Positions 49,692 to 58,685 of a stretch of DNA of 60,413 nucleotides are shown here, one piece after another (the first letter of the stretch is position 1; every line of letters starts with the position of its first letter). This stretch comes from an uncultured Erysipelotrichaceae bacterium (GTDB taxonomy: Bacteria > Bacillota_I > Bacilli_A > RF39 > UBA660), in contig CACXGO010000021.1 of assembly GCA_902767245.1 (NCBI GenBank), positions 1 to 60,413 of the forward strand. Direction: 5' to 3'. The notes below the pieces were generated by a model that was not told the DNA's origin, made no database searches, and worked only from the letters and a program-made list of their open reading frames with translations. Position numbers and translations under genes: made by a program.

Positions 49692-50654
49692 TTATATTTT
49701 TTTATTTATTGACATTAATGGATTTCTAAGTGGTCTTTTTTGATAACCTAAATTTTCTTTTCCTTCATAATTTACTTGATTATCATTTCCAACTAAAAAA
49801 TTAATGTAATTTTCAAAGGTATATTGAGTTTCAAAAGAAAAATCACCAGTTGATTCATAATATAAACCATTTCTAAAAGATATAGTAAAAGCATCTAAAT
49901 ATCTTTTTAAGACTTCTTCATCAAGTTCTATAAACCCATCCTGTAAAATTTTAAGCGCAATATTTTTACTTTTTTCATCCATTGTCATAAATATTCCTGG
50001 ATCACTTTCAAAAATATCAACAACGCCTATTCTTTCTAAGTTATTTCGGTGTTCATAAAAAAATTGCGAATATGTCAAATCAACCAAATATCTCTTTCCT
50101 TGATATTTCATTATATTGAAGCAATGATAACCACATTTATTATATAATTCATCATTCTTTGAAAATCCCGGATAAATTTTTATTATTTGTGACTTAACGC
50201 CATATTTATCACACACTCTTTTTATATATTCAGAAGCAATTAAACAATTATTAGTTAAATCAAGTTCTTGAATTGTAGGTTTATAAGTAGCTGTTTTGTA
50301 CTTATCTATTAAATACTTCCTTCCTAAATAAACTAAATATGTTACAAATTCAAAATCTTTTATACTTATATTGGGATTATATATAGTTTTATAATCCAAA
50401 ATTCTATTCCAATATATGCTACGAATTTTATTTCCTGCACATAGTAAACTATATCTTAAATTGTCATAAATATAACTCATACTATCATTTTTAGTATCAT
50501 AATACTTATTTGATATAAATTTGATATATTTATACATTATAGTTAATATTTGGTTAAGATTTTCTTTGGTAATCATACTTTCATATTGCATTAAAATAGC
50601 TTCATCTTTAATATATTCCTGCCATAATGCATTTTTTTTACCGAATGCTTCCAT
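49692..50654 (-). CDS. Hypothetical protein with papain/transglutaminase-like Cys-His-Asp triad
   Basis: NNCLIAS ... YHCFNI ... YLVDLTYSQF. Confidence 0.6.
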   Translation of the reverse strand: MEAFGKKNALWQEYIKDEAILMQYESMITKENLNQILTIMYKYIKFISNKYYDTKNDSMSYIYDNLRYSLLCAGNKIRSIYWNRILDYKTIYNPNISIKDFEFVTYLVYLGRKYLIDKYKTATYKPTIQELDLTNNCLIASEYIKRVCDKYGVKSQIIKIYPGFSKNDELYNKCGYHCFNIMKYQGKRYLVDLTYSQFFYEHRNNLERIGVVDIFESDPGIFMTMDEKSKNIALKILQDGFIELDEEVLKRYLDAFTISFRNGLYYESTGDFSFETQYTFENYINFLVGNDNQVNYEGKENLGYQKRPLRNPLMSINKKI

Positions 50655-50751
50655 AAATCCCCCTTAATAAATTGATATTATATAATTAATATAATAAAAA
50701 TGCAAATCTGGATACTTTATTATATTGTATTATAGCATATTTAAAAGCAGA

Positions 50752-51087
50752 TTAATCATCTGCTTCACTTCGTTTACTTGATAAAAAAGTAACTTTTTCT
50801 GCAACAAGTTCCATTATATGTTGATTATGATCTTCAGCTTCTATTGTTCTTGTTTGCAATCTTCCTTTAATGCCAACCAAATCGCCCTTTTTAACATATT
50901 CCACTGTATTTTCAGCTACACCTTTCCATAAAACGCATGAAATAAAATCTGTATCATATTCACCATTTACATTCTTATAACTTCTTGGAACAGCTAAAGT
51001 TAAATTGGTAACTTTATTACCATTTTCAGTTTGATTAAGTTCAGGGTCTCTAACTACTCTTCCAACTATTACAGATTGATTTAACAT
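50752..51087 (-). CDS. ssb: Short single-stranded DNA-binding protein (SsbB-like)
   Basis: MLNQ..IVGR..RDPE, DFISCV.W, GRLQTR; 111 aa, no long linker or DLPF tail; start refined to ATG 51087. Confidence 0.9.
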   Translation of the reverse strand: MLNQSVIVGRVVRDPELNQTENGNKVTNLTLAVPRSYKNVNGEYDTDFISCVLWKGVAENTVEYVKKGDLVGIKGRLQTRTIEAEDHNQHIMELVAEKVTFLSSKRSEADD

Positions 51088-51246
51088 TTTTTTCCTCCTT
51101 TCATTGAAATCAAGTTTAGCATTATTAAAAATAGAAATCAAAGCACTAAATCTACATATTTGCTTTATTTTTTTAACAAAAAAAACTTATTTTTTTTCTA
51201 TAAAATAAGTTTCTTTAAAATTATAATTTACAATATTTGAAAACTA

Positions 51247-52557
51247 TTAAAAATAACTTTTCATCAAAGAATTTAATTCAACCGCATATTCCATTGGTAA
51301 TTCTTCTTTAAATTTTTCAATAAAGCCCATAATTAATAATTCTTTAGCTTTTTCTTCACTTATACCTCTACTCATCAAATAAAATAGTTTTTCTTCACTA
51401 ATTCTTGATACTGTAGCTTCATGTTCAATGATAGATGAAGCCGAATAATTGATGTTTTTAGGTATAGTATCACTTTTAGATTCTGAATCTAAAATAATGG
51501 TATCACATTTAATAAAAGCTTTTGAGTTTTCTGCTTTACTTGCAATATTGACTGTTCCTCTATATGTCGCATTTCCACCATTTAAAGCTATAGATTTACT
51601 AATGATTGAACTTGTTGTATAGGGTGCTAAATGAATCATTTTAGCTCCAGCATCTTGAATTTGATTTTTTGCTGCTACTGCTATTGAAATACAATTCCCA
51701 CTTGCATATTTACCATTTAAAATACAACTTGGATATTTCATATTAATACCTGAGCCGATATTTCCATCAACCCATTCCATAAGACCATTTTCTTCAACAA
51801 TTGCTCTTTTGGTTACTAAATTATATACATCCTTCGACCAATTTTGAATTGTTGTGTAACGACACTTGGCATTCTTTTTAACATAAATTTCTACAACTGC
51901 TGCATGAAGTGAATCACTTGAATAAGTTGGTGCTGTGCATCCTTCCATGTAATGTAAACTACTATTTTCATCAACTATAATAATTGTTCTTTCAAATTGG
52001 CCCATGTTTTTTGTGTTTATACGAAAATAGCTTTGTAATGGACGATCAATTGTAGTATTAGGTGGAATATAAATAAATGTTCCTCCACTCCATACCGCTC
52101 CATTTAAAGCAGTATATTTATTTTCATCATATTTAACTAAGTTATTAAAATATTCTTTAAAAATTTCAGGATATTTTTTTAAAGCACTATCAGTATCACA
52201 AAAAATAACATTTTTTTCGTCTAATTCTTTAAGCATACTTTTATAAATGACTTCACTTTCATATTGGGCTTTAACACCATCTAAATACTTTTTTTCAGCA
52301 TCAATAAGTCCAATTTTATTAAAAGTATTAGTAATATCAGTTGGGACATCATTCCAACTACTTTTAATCTCATCCACAACTTTTTTGTAATAATTAATCT
52401 TCTTAAAATCAATTTTAAGTTCTGGCCCAAAAGTTGGATTTGAAAGCTCTAAAAATTTTTTATAAGCATTTATTCTAAAATCAAGCATCCATTTTGGTTC
52501 TTGCTTAATTTTTGAAATTTCACGTATTTTTGCTTGTGAAAGACCTAATTCTTTCAT
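51247..52557 (-). CDS. sufB: Fe-S cluster assembly protein SufB
   Basis: AVWSGG, GQFERT, EGCTAP, SLHAAVVE, HEATV, LFYLMSRG. Confidence 0.96.
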   Translation of the reverse strand: MKELGLSQAKIREISKIKQEPKWMLDFRINAYKKFLELSNPTFGPELKIDFKKINYYKKVVDEIKSSWNDVPTDITNTFNKIGLIDAEKKYLDGVKAQYESEVIYKSMLKELDEKNVIFCDTDSALKKYPEIFKEYFNNLVKYDENKYTALNGAVWSGGTFIYIPPNTTIDRPLQSYFRINTKNMGQFERTIIIVDENSSLHYMEGCTAPTYSSDSLHAAVVEIYVKKNAKCRYTTIQNWSKDVYNLVTKRAIVEENGLMEWVDGNIGSGINMKYPSCILNGKYASGNCISIAVAAKNQIQDAGAKMIHLAPYTTSSIISKSIALNGGNATYRGTVNIASKAENSKAFIKCDTIILDSESKSDTIPKNINYSASSIIEHEATVSRISEEKLFYLMSRGISEEKAKELLIMGFIEKFKEELPMEYAVELNSLMKSYF

Positions 52558-52561
52558 AAAC

Positions 52562-52987
52562 TCACTTCCCTATTTCATCAATTACTTTTTTAATTCCCCA
52601 CCAAGGAAGAAGAGCACATTTTTTTCTATTTGGTTGCTTAGCAATATCTGCATAAACAACGGCATCTTCAAGAATTTCCTCGTTATAATTTTCTTCATTA
52701 ATCATTTTTTCATAATTATTATATATTTCTTTAATTTCATCTATTGTTTTACCTAAAAGTGTATTAATCATAATTGAAGTTGCACTGGTACAAATAGCGC
52801 AAGCTTCACCATCAAAACGTATATCTACTATAACATTATTCTCTATTTTAACCATTAGATTAATTTCATCAATACATGATTCATTATTCATATTTACTTT
52901 AATATAACTATCATCATCAAATAAACCGCGATTCGTTGGATTTTGATAATTTTCTAAAATAATGGTCCTTTTTAGTTCTTGATTCAC
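52562..52987 (-). CDS. sufU: SUF system NifU-like protein
   Basis: N.SC.D, G.ACAIC..A.S, R.KCA.L.W; start refined to GTG 52987. Confidence 0.92.
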   Translation of the reverse strand: MNQELKRTIILENYQNPTNRGLFDDDSYIKVNMNNESCIDEINLMVKIENNVIVDIRFDGEACAICTSATSIMINTLLGKTIDEIKEIYNNYEKMINEENYNEEILEDAVVYADIAKQPNRKKCALLPWWGIKKVIDEIGK

Positions 52988-53109
52988 ATAAATCACCACC
53001 AATAATTATATTATAATTATTATATTTAAGCAAGAAAAAGCCAAAATATTTAAGGAAAAAACCTTTTTATTTGAAGCTACTTGTTATATAATAAATTTGA
53101 GGTGCATAT

Positions 53110-54438
53110 ATGATGTTTACAATCCTAATATGTAAAATTATACTTTTTATTGGAGATTTAATTGGCCGCGGTAGTACTTTACCTGGTACAATTGCTTTAA
53201 AATTAAATAAAAATATATTAAATAAATTTAAAGTCCCAAAAAATATTATTGCTGTTACTGGGTCTTCTGGTAAAGGAACTACTTCTAAATTAATTGCATC
53301 TGTTTTAAAAGATCAAGGTCTAAAAGTACTTCATAATCATCGTGGCGGTAATTTAAAGCCAGGAATTATCACTATGTTAATTGAAGGTGCTAGTTTAACT
53401 GGAAAAATCAAAGCTGATTACATTGTTTATGAAATAGATGAAAGATATATGAAACAAGTAATCAAATATTTAAAGCCAAAAACGATTGTTATAACTAACA
53501 TTGTTAGGGATCAACCGCCAAGGCAAGGACATCATGATTTCGTTTATAATGACATTAAAAACTGCTTAACTAGTGATATGCATTTAGTTATAAATAGTGA
53601 TGACCCTTATTTACAAAAATTTGTAATTGATACTGATTGTGAAGTAACATATTATGGTATAGAAAAAAATAATTATTCCTATACAAAAAACAATTATGAA
53701 AATCTAGTTATCGAATATTGTCCACTATGTCACACCAAATTAAAGTATAAATATTACAACTTTGAAATATATGGAGATTTTAAATGCCCAAATTGTGATT
53801 TTAAAAGAGTTAAACCAGAATATGCGGTAACAAATGTTGATTATGAAAAAGAAATAATGATTATTAATAATAAATATAAAATAAAAATTTTGAACAATAT
53901 TTTATATAATATTTACAATATTGCTGCAACATTTGCAACAGCTAGTTATTTAGGTTATGATGAAGAAAAAATCATTGATTCTATTAGTAAAAGTGAATAT
54001 GATCATAAATTATGTAATCATTATAAATACAATAATAAAGAAATATTTGTTTTTTATAATAAAAATGAAAATAGCACCTCATTTAATCAATCTTTGAATT
54101 ATGTGAGTCGCAATAAAGAAGAAAAAACAGTTGTTATTGGTTGGGAAACAATATCGCATAGATATAAATTCACAGATGTTTCATGGATTTATGATATTAA
54201 TTTTGAATGTTTAAATGATGCTAATGTCGTAAATTTTATTTGTGTTGGAGACTATGCTTATGATATAGCAACTAGATTAAAACTTGCAGGAATTGAAAAA
54301 GAAAAAATAATGGCTTTCCCTTCATTAAATGATTCTTTGGATACAATTTTAAATAAATCAAAAGGTAATTTGTATGCAGTCGTTAATCCTGACTATGTAT
54401 TACCTTTACTCCATTTATTGAAAGGAAAAGAGATATGA
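53110..54438 (+). CDS. murT: Lipid II isoglutaminyl synthase subunit MurT
   Basis: VTGSSGKGTT, EIDE, RDQ..R, CP.C...C..C zinc finger, D.SWI.D..FE (DUF1727). Confidence 0.88.
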   Translation: MMFTILICKIILFIGDLIGRGSTLPGTIALKLNKNILNKFKVPKNIIAVTGSSGKGTTSKLIASVLKDQGLKVLHNHRGGNLKPGIITMLIEGASLTGKIKADYIVYEIDERYMKQVIKYLKPKTIVITNIVRDQPPRQGHHDFVYNDIKNCLTSDMHLVINSDDPYLQKFVIDTDCEVTYYGIEKNNYSYTKNNYENLVIEYCPLCHTKLKYKYYNFEIYGDFKCPNCDFKRVKPEYAVTNVDYEKEIMIINNKYKIKILNNILYNIYNIAATFATASYLGYDEEKIIDSISKSEYDHKLCNHYKYNNKEIFVFYNKNENSTSFNQSLNYVSRNKEEKTVVIGWETISHRYKFTDVSWIYDINFECLNDANVVNFICVGDYAYDIATRLKLAGIEKEKIMAFPSLNDSLDTILNKSKGNLYAVVNPDYVLPLLHLLKGKEI

Positions 54439-55163
54439 AAATAGTAATTGCATATTTATATTATGATTTACTTAACTTATATGGTGAATCTGGTAATATA
54501 AAATTTTTAAAAAATCATTTAGAAAGCCAAGGAATTGAAGTAATTATTAAATCACTTACCATAACTGATGAAATAGATTTTAATAGTTATGATTTAGTTA
54601 TTATGTCAGCTGGAACAGAAGAAAATCAAAAACTGGCATTACATCATTTAATTAAATATAAAACCGAAATAAAAGCTGCTATTGAAGCAGGCAAGTATTT
54701 TTTAATTACAGGTAATGCAATTGATCTGTTTGGAAAAGAAATCAATTATCTTGATGGAAAGAAAATTGAAGCTTTAAATATATTTGATTATAAAGTTAGT
54801 GAAAGTGAAAAAAGAATTGTCAATGATGCACTATTTTTAAATAAGGAAACAAATGAATATGTCATCGGTTTTCAAAATCAAAGCAGCATTTTATCTAACA
54901 ATAATAATCCTTTATTTGAAGTTTTAGTAGGAACAGGTGCTAAAAAAGGATTTAAAGAAGAAGGCATTCATTATAAAAACTTTTATGGTACGTATTTAAT
55001 TGGACCGCTTCTAGTGAGAAATCCTGCTTTTGCTAAAGAGTTTATGAAAGAATTGATACTAAGTATCGATAAAAACTTTGAAATTAAAGATTTTGATCTT
55101 GATTTTGAAACTGAAGCTTATGAAAAATATTTTAATTTACATTATAATGAAATTGCAAAATAA
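54435..55163 (+). CDS. gatD: Glutamine amidotransferase GatD-like subunit
   Basis: YYDLLNLYGESGN, GTYLIGPLL.RNP; overlaps murT; usual catalytic Cys/His not evident. Confidence 0.8.
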   Translation: MKIVIAYLYYDLLNLYGESGNIKFLKNHLESQGIEVIIKSLTITDEIDFNSYDLVIMSAGTEENQKLALHHLIKYKTEIKAAIEAGKYFLITGNAIDLFGKEINYLDGKKIEALNIFDYKVSESEKRIVNDALFLNKETNEYVIGFQNQSSILSNNNNPLFEVLVGTGAKKGFKEEGIHYKNFYGTYLIGPLLVRNPAFAKEFMKELILSIDKNFEIKDFDLDFETEAYEKYFNLHYNEIAK

Positions 55164-55173
55164 AAAATCTACA

Positions 55174-56826
55174 TTAATTTGTAGATTTTTTAAATTTTCT
55201 CAATACATTTTTCAATTTTGCTTTTGAATCAATTCTAAATATGCGGTCAATCAAATTGTAATTATACGAAAGTATAATATAAATTGCACACCCTACTATT
55301 GCATATAAAGCTGTAAGTAATATAAAATTAAATTTTGTAGTTTCAATATCTACTGGAATAAATAATGCCATTATTTTTAAAGATACAAACATTATTAATG
55401 AAATTAGAATTGACTTTAAAATTGGGTTAATACTTTGCTTATAATTCAATTTATATTTTTTTGATTGAATAACAGCAATTACAATAGTTGTTCCAACATG
55501 TAAAATCAAATTTAAAATAATTGGTGCATATTGAGCTTTGATACCAATTAATGGGCAAAAATTCATAAATGGAACATTTAATAGAGCTTTAAGTAAAAAG
55601 CTTCCAAAAAGGGTCCCTAAAGCAAGTTTTGTATTCCCCATTATCTGAGCTGAATCAATTGAAATTGAATAAAAAGCAAAGGTTAATGCTTGAAAAACAT
55701 ATAAACTAAAAATATCAATTCCAAGTGCATTATTTCCATAGAATAAATTCCATACTGGTGTTGCTAGAACAAATAAACCTAAAACCATTGGTAAATTAAT
55801 AAACATAATCATTTGGAAACTTTGATTTATTTTATTATTTACATCCTTCATGTCACCCTTTACAAAGCTACTAGATATATTTGGTATAAGTGATACTGTT
55901 AAACCTGCTTCAAATGCTAAAATAATCATATTTAATTTAGAACCCCAAGTGGATATAACGCTTAAAATGTATTCTGAATCTTTTAAACTATAACCTAAAG
56001 AAGTTAATGTTGAATTGATTGTGAATGTATCTACAACTGAATATATTGAACGAACAAAATCAATTACAACAAATGGTAAAGCTACCATTATAACTTTCTT
56101 CAAAATCGTTTTAGAAGTGTTATTTTTTTCACCTTCTATTTTTTTGGCTTTAATATTAAATGCTTCTTTATTTTTAGCTTTTTTAATTTTTAAATAAAGA
56201 TAAGATACTAAAGCTCCAATTGTCGCACCTAAAACAGCAATTGCTACAACTGTTGCTGTTTTTAGTTTAAATACTTTCGCTGCTAAATAACTTCCAATTA
56301 TAATAAATCCAACACGTACTAATTGTTCAATAACATTGGAAATTGCATAAGGAGTTATATACTTATGACCACTTAAATAACCTTTTATTGATGATAAAAA
56401 TGGAACAGCAAGAAGCGCAAATGAAATTGACCTAATAACTAAAGTAACATCTTCAATTGTATTTCCACCTTTAATATCACCAATGATTAAATATGCAATT
56501 GGCTTTGCAAAAATCATTAAAATGAGAAACCATAAAACACCTAAACCAACCATTAAATTTCTAACAATTTTATATGCTTTTTCTTTCGACCAATGATAGT
56601 TTAAAGTATTATATTCACTTATGATTTTACTCATAGCAACTGGAATTCCTTGCGTTGATAGAGTTAAAAATAATGCATAAATTGTATAAGCATAGCTATA
56701 AAGTGCTCCCCCACTTTCGCCTATTATTGAATAAAATGGGATTACATATAAAAGCCCAACTATTTTACATAAAATAATACAAAATGTTGAAACAAACGCA
56801 CCTGATAAAAATCCATTCTTCTTCAT
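55174..56826 (-). CDS. MOP-family flippase (MurJ/YtgP/SpoVB-like)
   Basis: GLLYVIPF, Y.YAY.IY, GIP.A.SK, EQLVRV; about 14 TMs; start refined to ATG 56826. Confidence 0.88.
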   Translation of the reverse strand: MKKNGFLSGAFVSTFCIILCKIVGLLYVIPFYSIIGESGGALYSYAYTIYALFLTLSTQGIPVAMSKIISEYNTLNYHWSKEKAYKIVRNLMVGLGVLWFLILMIFAKPIAYLIIGDIKGGNTIEDVTLVIRSISFALLAVPFLSSIKGYLSGHKYITPYAISNVIEQLVRVGFIIIGSYLAAKVFKLKTATVVAIAVLGATIGALVSYLYLKIKKAKNKEAFNIKAKKIEGEKNNTSKTILKKVIMVALPFVVIDFVRSIYSVVDTFTINSTLTSLGYSLKDSEYILSVISTWGSKLNMIILAFEAGLTVSLIPNISSSFVKGDMKDVNNKINQSFQMIMFINLPMVLGLFVLATPVWNLFYGNNALGIDIFSLYVFQALTFAFYSISIDSAQIMGNTKLALGTLFGSFLLKALLNVPFMNFCPLIGIKAQYAPIILNLILHVGTTIVIAVIQSKKYKLNYKQSINPILKSILISLIMFVSLKIMALFIPVDIETTKFNFILLTALYAIVGCAIYIILSYNYNLIDRIFRIDSKAKLKNVLRKFKKSTN

Positions 56827-56916
56827 GATTTCCTCCAACCCTTTAAATTATAACAATTTTTACTATTTTAGTAAATATCTTTTACAAAGCTTGTACATAA
56901 TTATATTAGTGATAAT

Positions 56917-57918
56917 ATGCAAAGATTAAAATATTTATTTAAAAAGGCTTTTACTTGGAATTATAAAGATGCTTACAAACAAGCAAAAATAATCCATAAA
57001 AAGAGACACAAAAATACAATTTGGATTTTTTTAGATATGATTTTTTGTGGCATCAAATATGGTGCTGGGTATTCTGATTATGTTGAATTTGAATTTGATT
57101 TATTAAATAATTGCGAACGAAAAACTTATCTAACAAGTGAACTTAATAATCGTATTGTTAGAAAATATAATAATAAAGCTTATTTTCATTTATTTCAAAA
57201 TAAAATTGAATTTAATAATCTTTTTAAAAATTTTTTAGGGCGAAATTTTCTTGATCTTAGTTCTAATTCATTTGAAGAATTCAAAGATTTTTGTTTAAAA
57301 AATAAAAAAATATGTATTAAACCTTATAATGGTTCTTGTGGTGAAGGAATAGAATTTATTGAAATAAATAAAAATATAAATTTTAAAAATTTATATAAAC
57401 GTTTAAAAAAAGAAAAAAAATATGTAATTGAAGAATATATTAAGCAACATAAAAGTTTAAATAAATTATATCCTGATAGTGTTAATACTCTTCGTATTAT
57501 TTCTTTTCTTGATAGTAATAATAATGTAGATATTATTAGAGTTGTCATAAAATTTGGAACTACTGGTAAAATTGATAATCATGTTGCTGGTGGTATGTAT
57601 ACATTTTTAGATGAAAACGGTATTATCTTATATCCTGCATGTGATGATTTTGGAAATTCTTATACCAAACATCCAGTCACAAAAACAAATTTAATTGGAT
57701 TTAAAGTGCCATATTATAAAGAAGCAATTGAATTGATTAAAAAAGCCGCAAAAATTGTTCCTCAAATTCGCTATGTTGGATGGGATGTTGCTATAACAAA
57801 TAATGGACCTATTATTATTGAAGGTAATGAATATTGTGGATTATTTCAAAATAAAGCCAGCACTAATCCATCAAAAAAAGGAGACCTTCCCCTTTTTCGA
57901 AAATACATAGATTTTTAA
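56917..57918 (+). CDS. Sugar-transfer-associated ATP-grasp protein
   Basis: KP..GSCGEGI, IEEYI.QH, SVNTLRI, DN...GG, HP.T, VGWDVAI, IIIEGN. Confidence 0.85.
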   Translation: MQRLKYLFKKAFTWNYKDAYKQAKIIHKKRHKNTIWIFLDMIFCGIKYGAGYSDYVEFEFDLLNNCERKTYLTSELNNRIVRKYNNKAYFHLFQNKIEFNNLFKNFLGRNFLDLSSNSFEEFKDFCLKNKKICIKPYNGSCGEGIEFIEINKNINFKNLYKRLKKEKKYVIEEYIKQHKSLNKLYPDSVNTLRIISFLDSNNNVDIIRVVIKFGTTGKIDNHVAGGMYTFLDENGIILYPACDDFGNSYTKHPVTKTNLIGFKVPYYKEAIELIKKAAKIVPQIRYVGWDVAITNNGPIIIEGNEYCGLFQNKASTNPSKKGDLPLFRKYIDF

Positions 57919-58175
57919 GAAGCTTCAACAATAAGCTTAATAGCAGTTTTAGTATTACCGTCAATTGTAATATCCGCAAATGTTGGTATACAAATAATAT
58001 TTTTCCCACTCGGAGCAACAAAACCACGAGCAATTGCAATTGCTTTAATTCCTTGATTTAAAGCCCCTGCTCCTATTGTTTGAACTTCTACTTTACTTGT
58101 ATCCCTCAAAATATTTGCTAATGCTCCAGCAACTGAATTTGGATTAGACTTAGATCCTACTTTAATTATTTCCAT
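57915..58175 (-). CDS. spoVS: Stage V sporulation protein S
   Basis: KV.SKSNPNSVAGALA, IGAGALNQ..KAIAIARGFVAPSG; start refined to ATG 58175. Confidence 0.96.
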   Translation of the reverse strand: MEIIKVGSKSNPNSVAGALANILRDTSKVEVQTIGAGALNQGIKAIAIARGFVAPSGKNIICIPTFADITIDGNTKTAIKLIVEAS

Positions 58176-58244
58176 TTTGTTTCTTCCTTTCATTTAACTA
58201 TATGTTTTTAAAAATAAAATAGACTATAACTCATATAATTTAGT

Positions 58245-58628
58245 ATGAATAATGATGAAATAAATAAGCGATTAAAGCAATTAAATACTGAAGATTTTAT
58301 ATGGATAATTTATATTGGAATTATTTTTTTAAGTTTCTTATCAAATAGTTACGAAAGAAAATATTTTATATATAATGATGAAAAAAGCAAAAATAAATAT
58401 CGAAATTTAAATATTATTATTTTCAGTATTCTAGTAGTTGTTTATCTCTATTTTTTAAAAAATTCAATAAATGATTTAAAAAATTTGAATGCAAATGACA
58501 GTGAAAAAAAGAAAAAGCTTATCTATTTTTCATTTATTGGATCATTATTAATTTCTATAAGTGGTTTTATTTTTCTTTATATAGCTTTTATTGATAAAGA
58601 ATTAGATGTTGAACTTGCATTTAATTAA
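58245..58628 (+). CDS. Hypothetical 3-TM membrane protein
   Basis: Clean ORF; no SD, with CATATAAT 5 nt before the ATG (possibly leaderless). Confidence 0.7.
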   Translation: MNNDEINKRLKQLNTEDFIWIIYIGIIFLSFLSNSYERKYFIYNDEKSKNKYRNLNIIIFSILVVVYLYFLKNSINDLKNLNANDSEKKKKLIYFSFIGSLLISISGFIFLYIAFIDKELDVELAFN

Positions 58629-58685
58629 TACCTTTTTTGGTATTTTTTTCTATTATTTTATTCAATATAATAATGGTGATTACTT

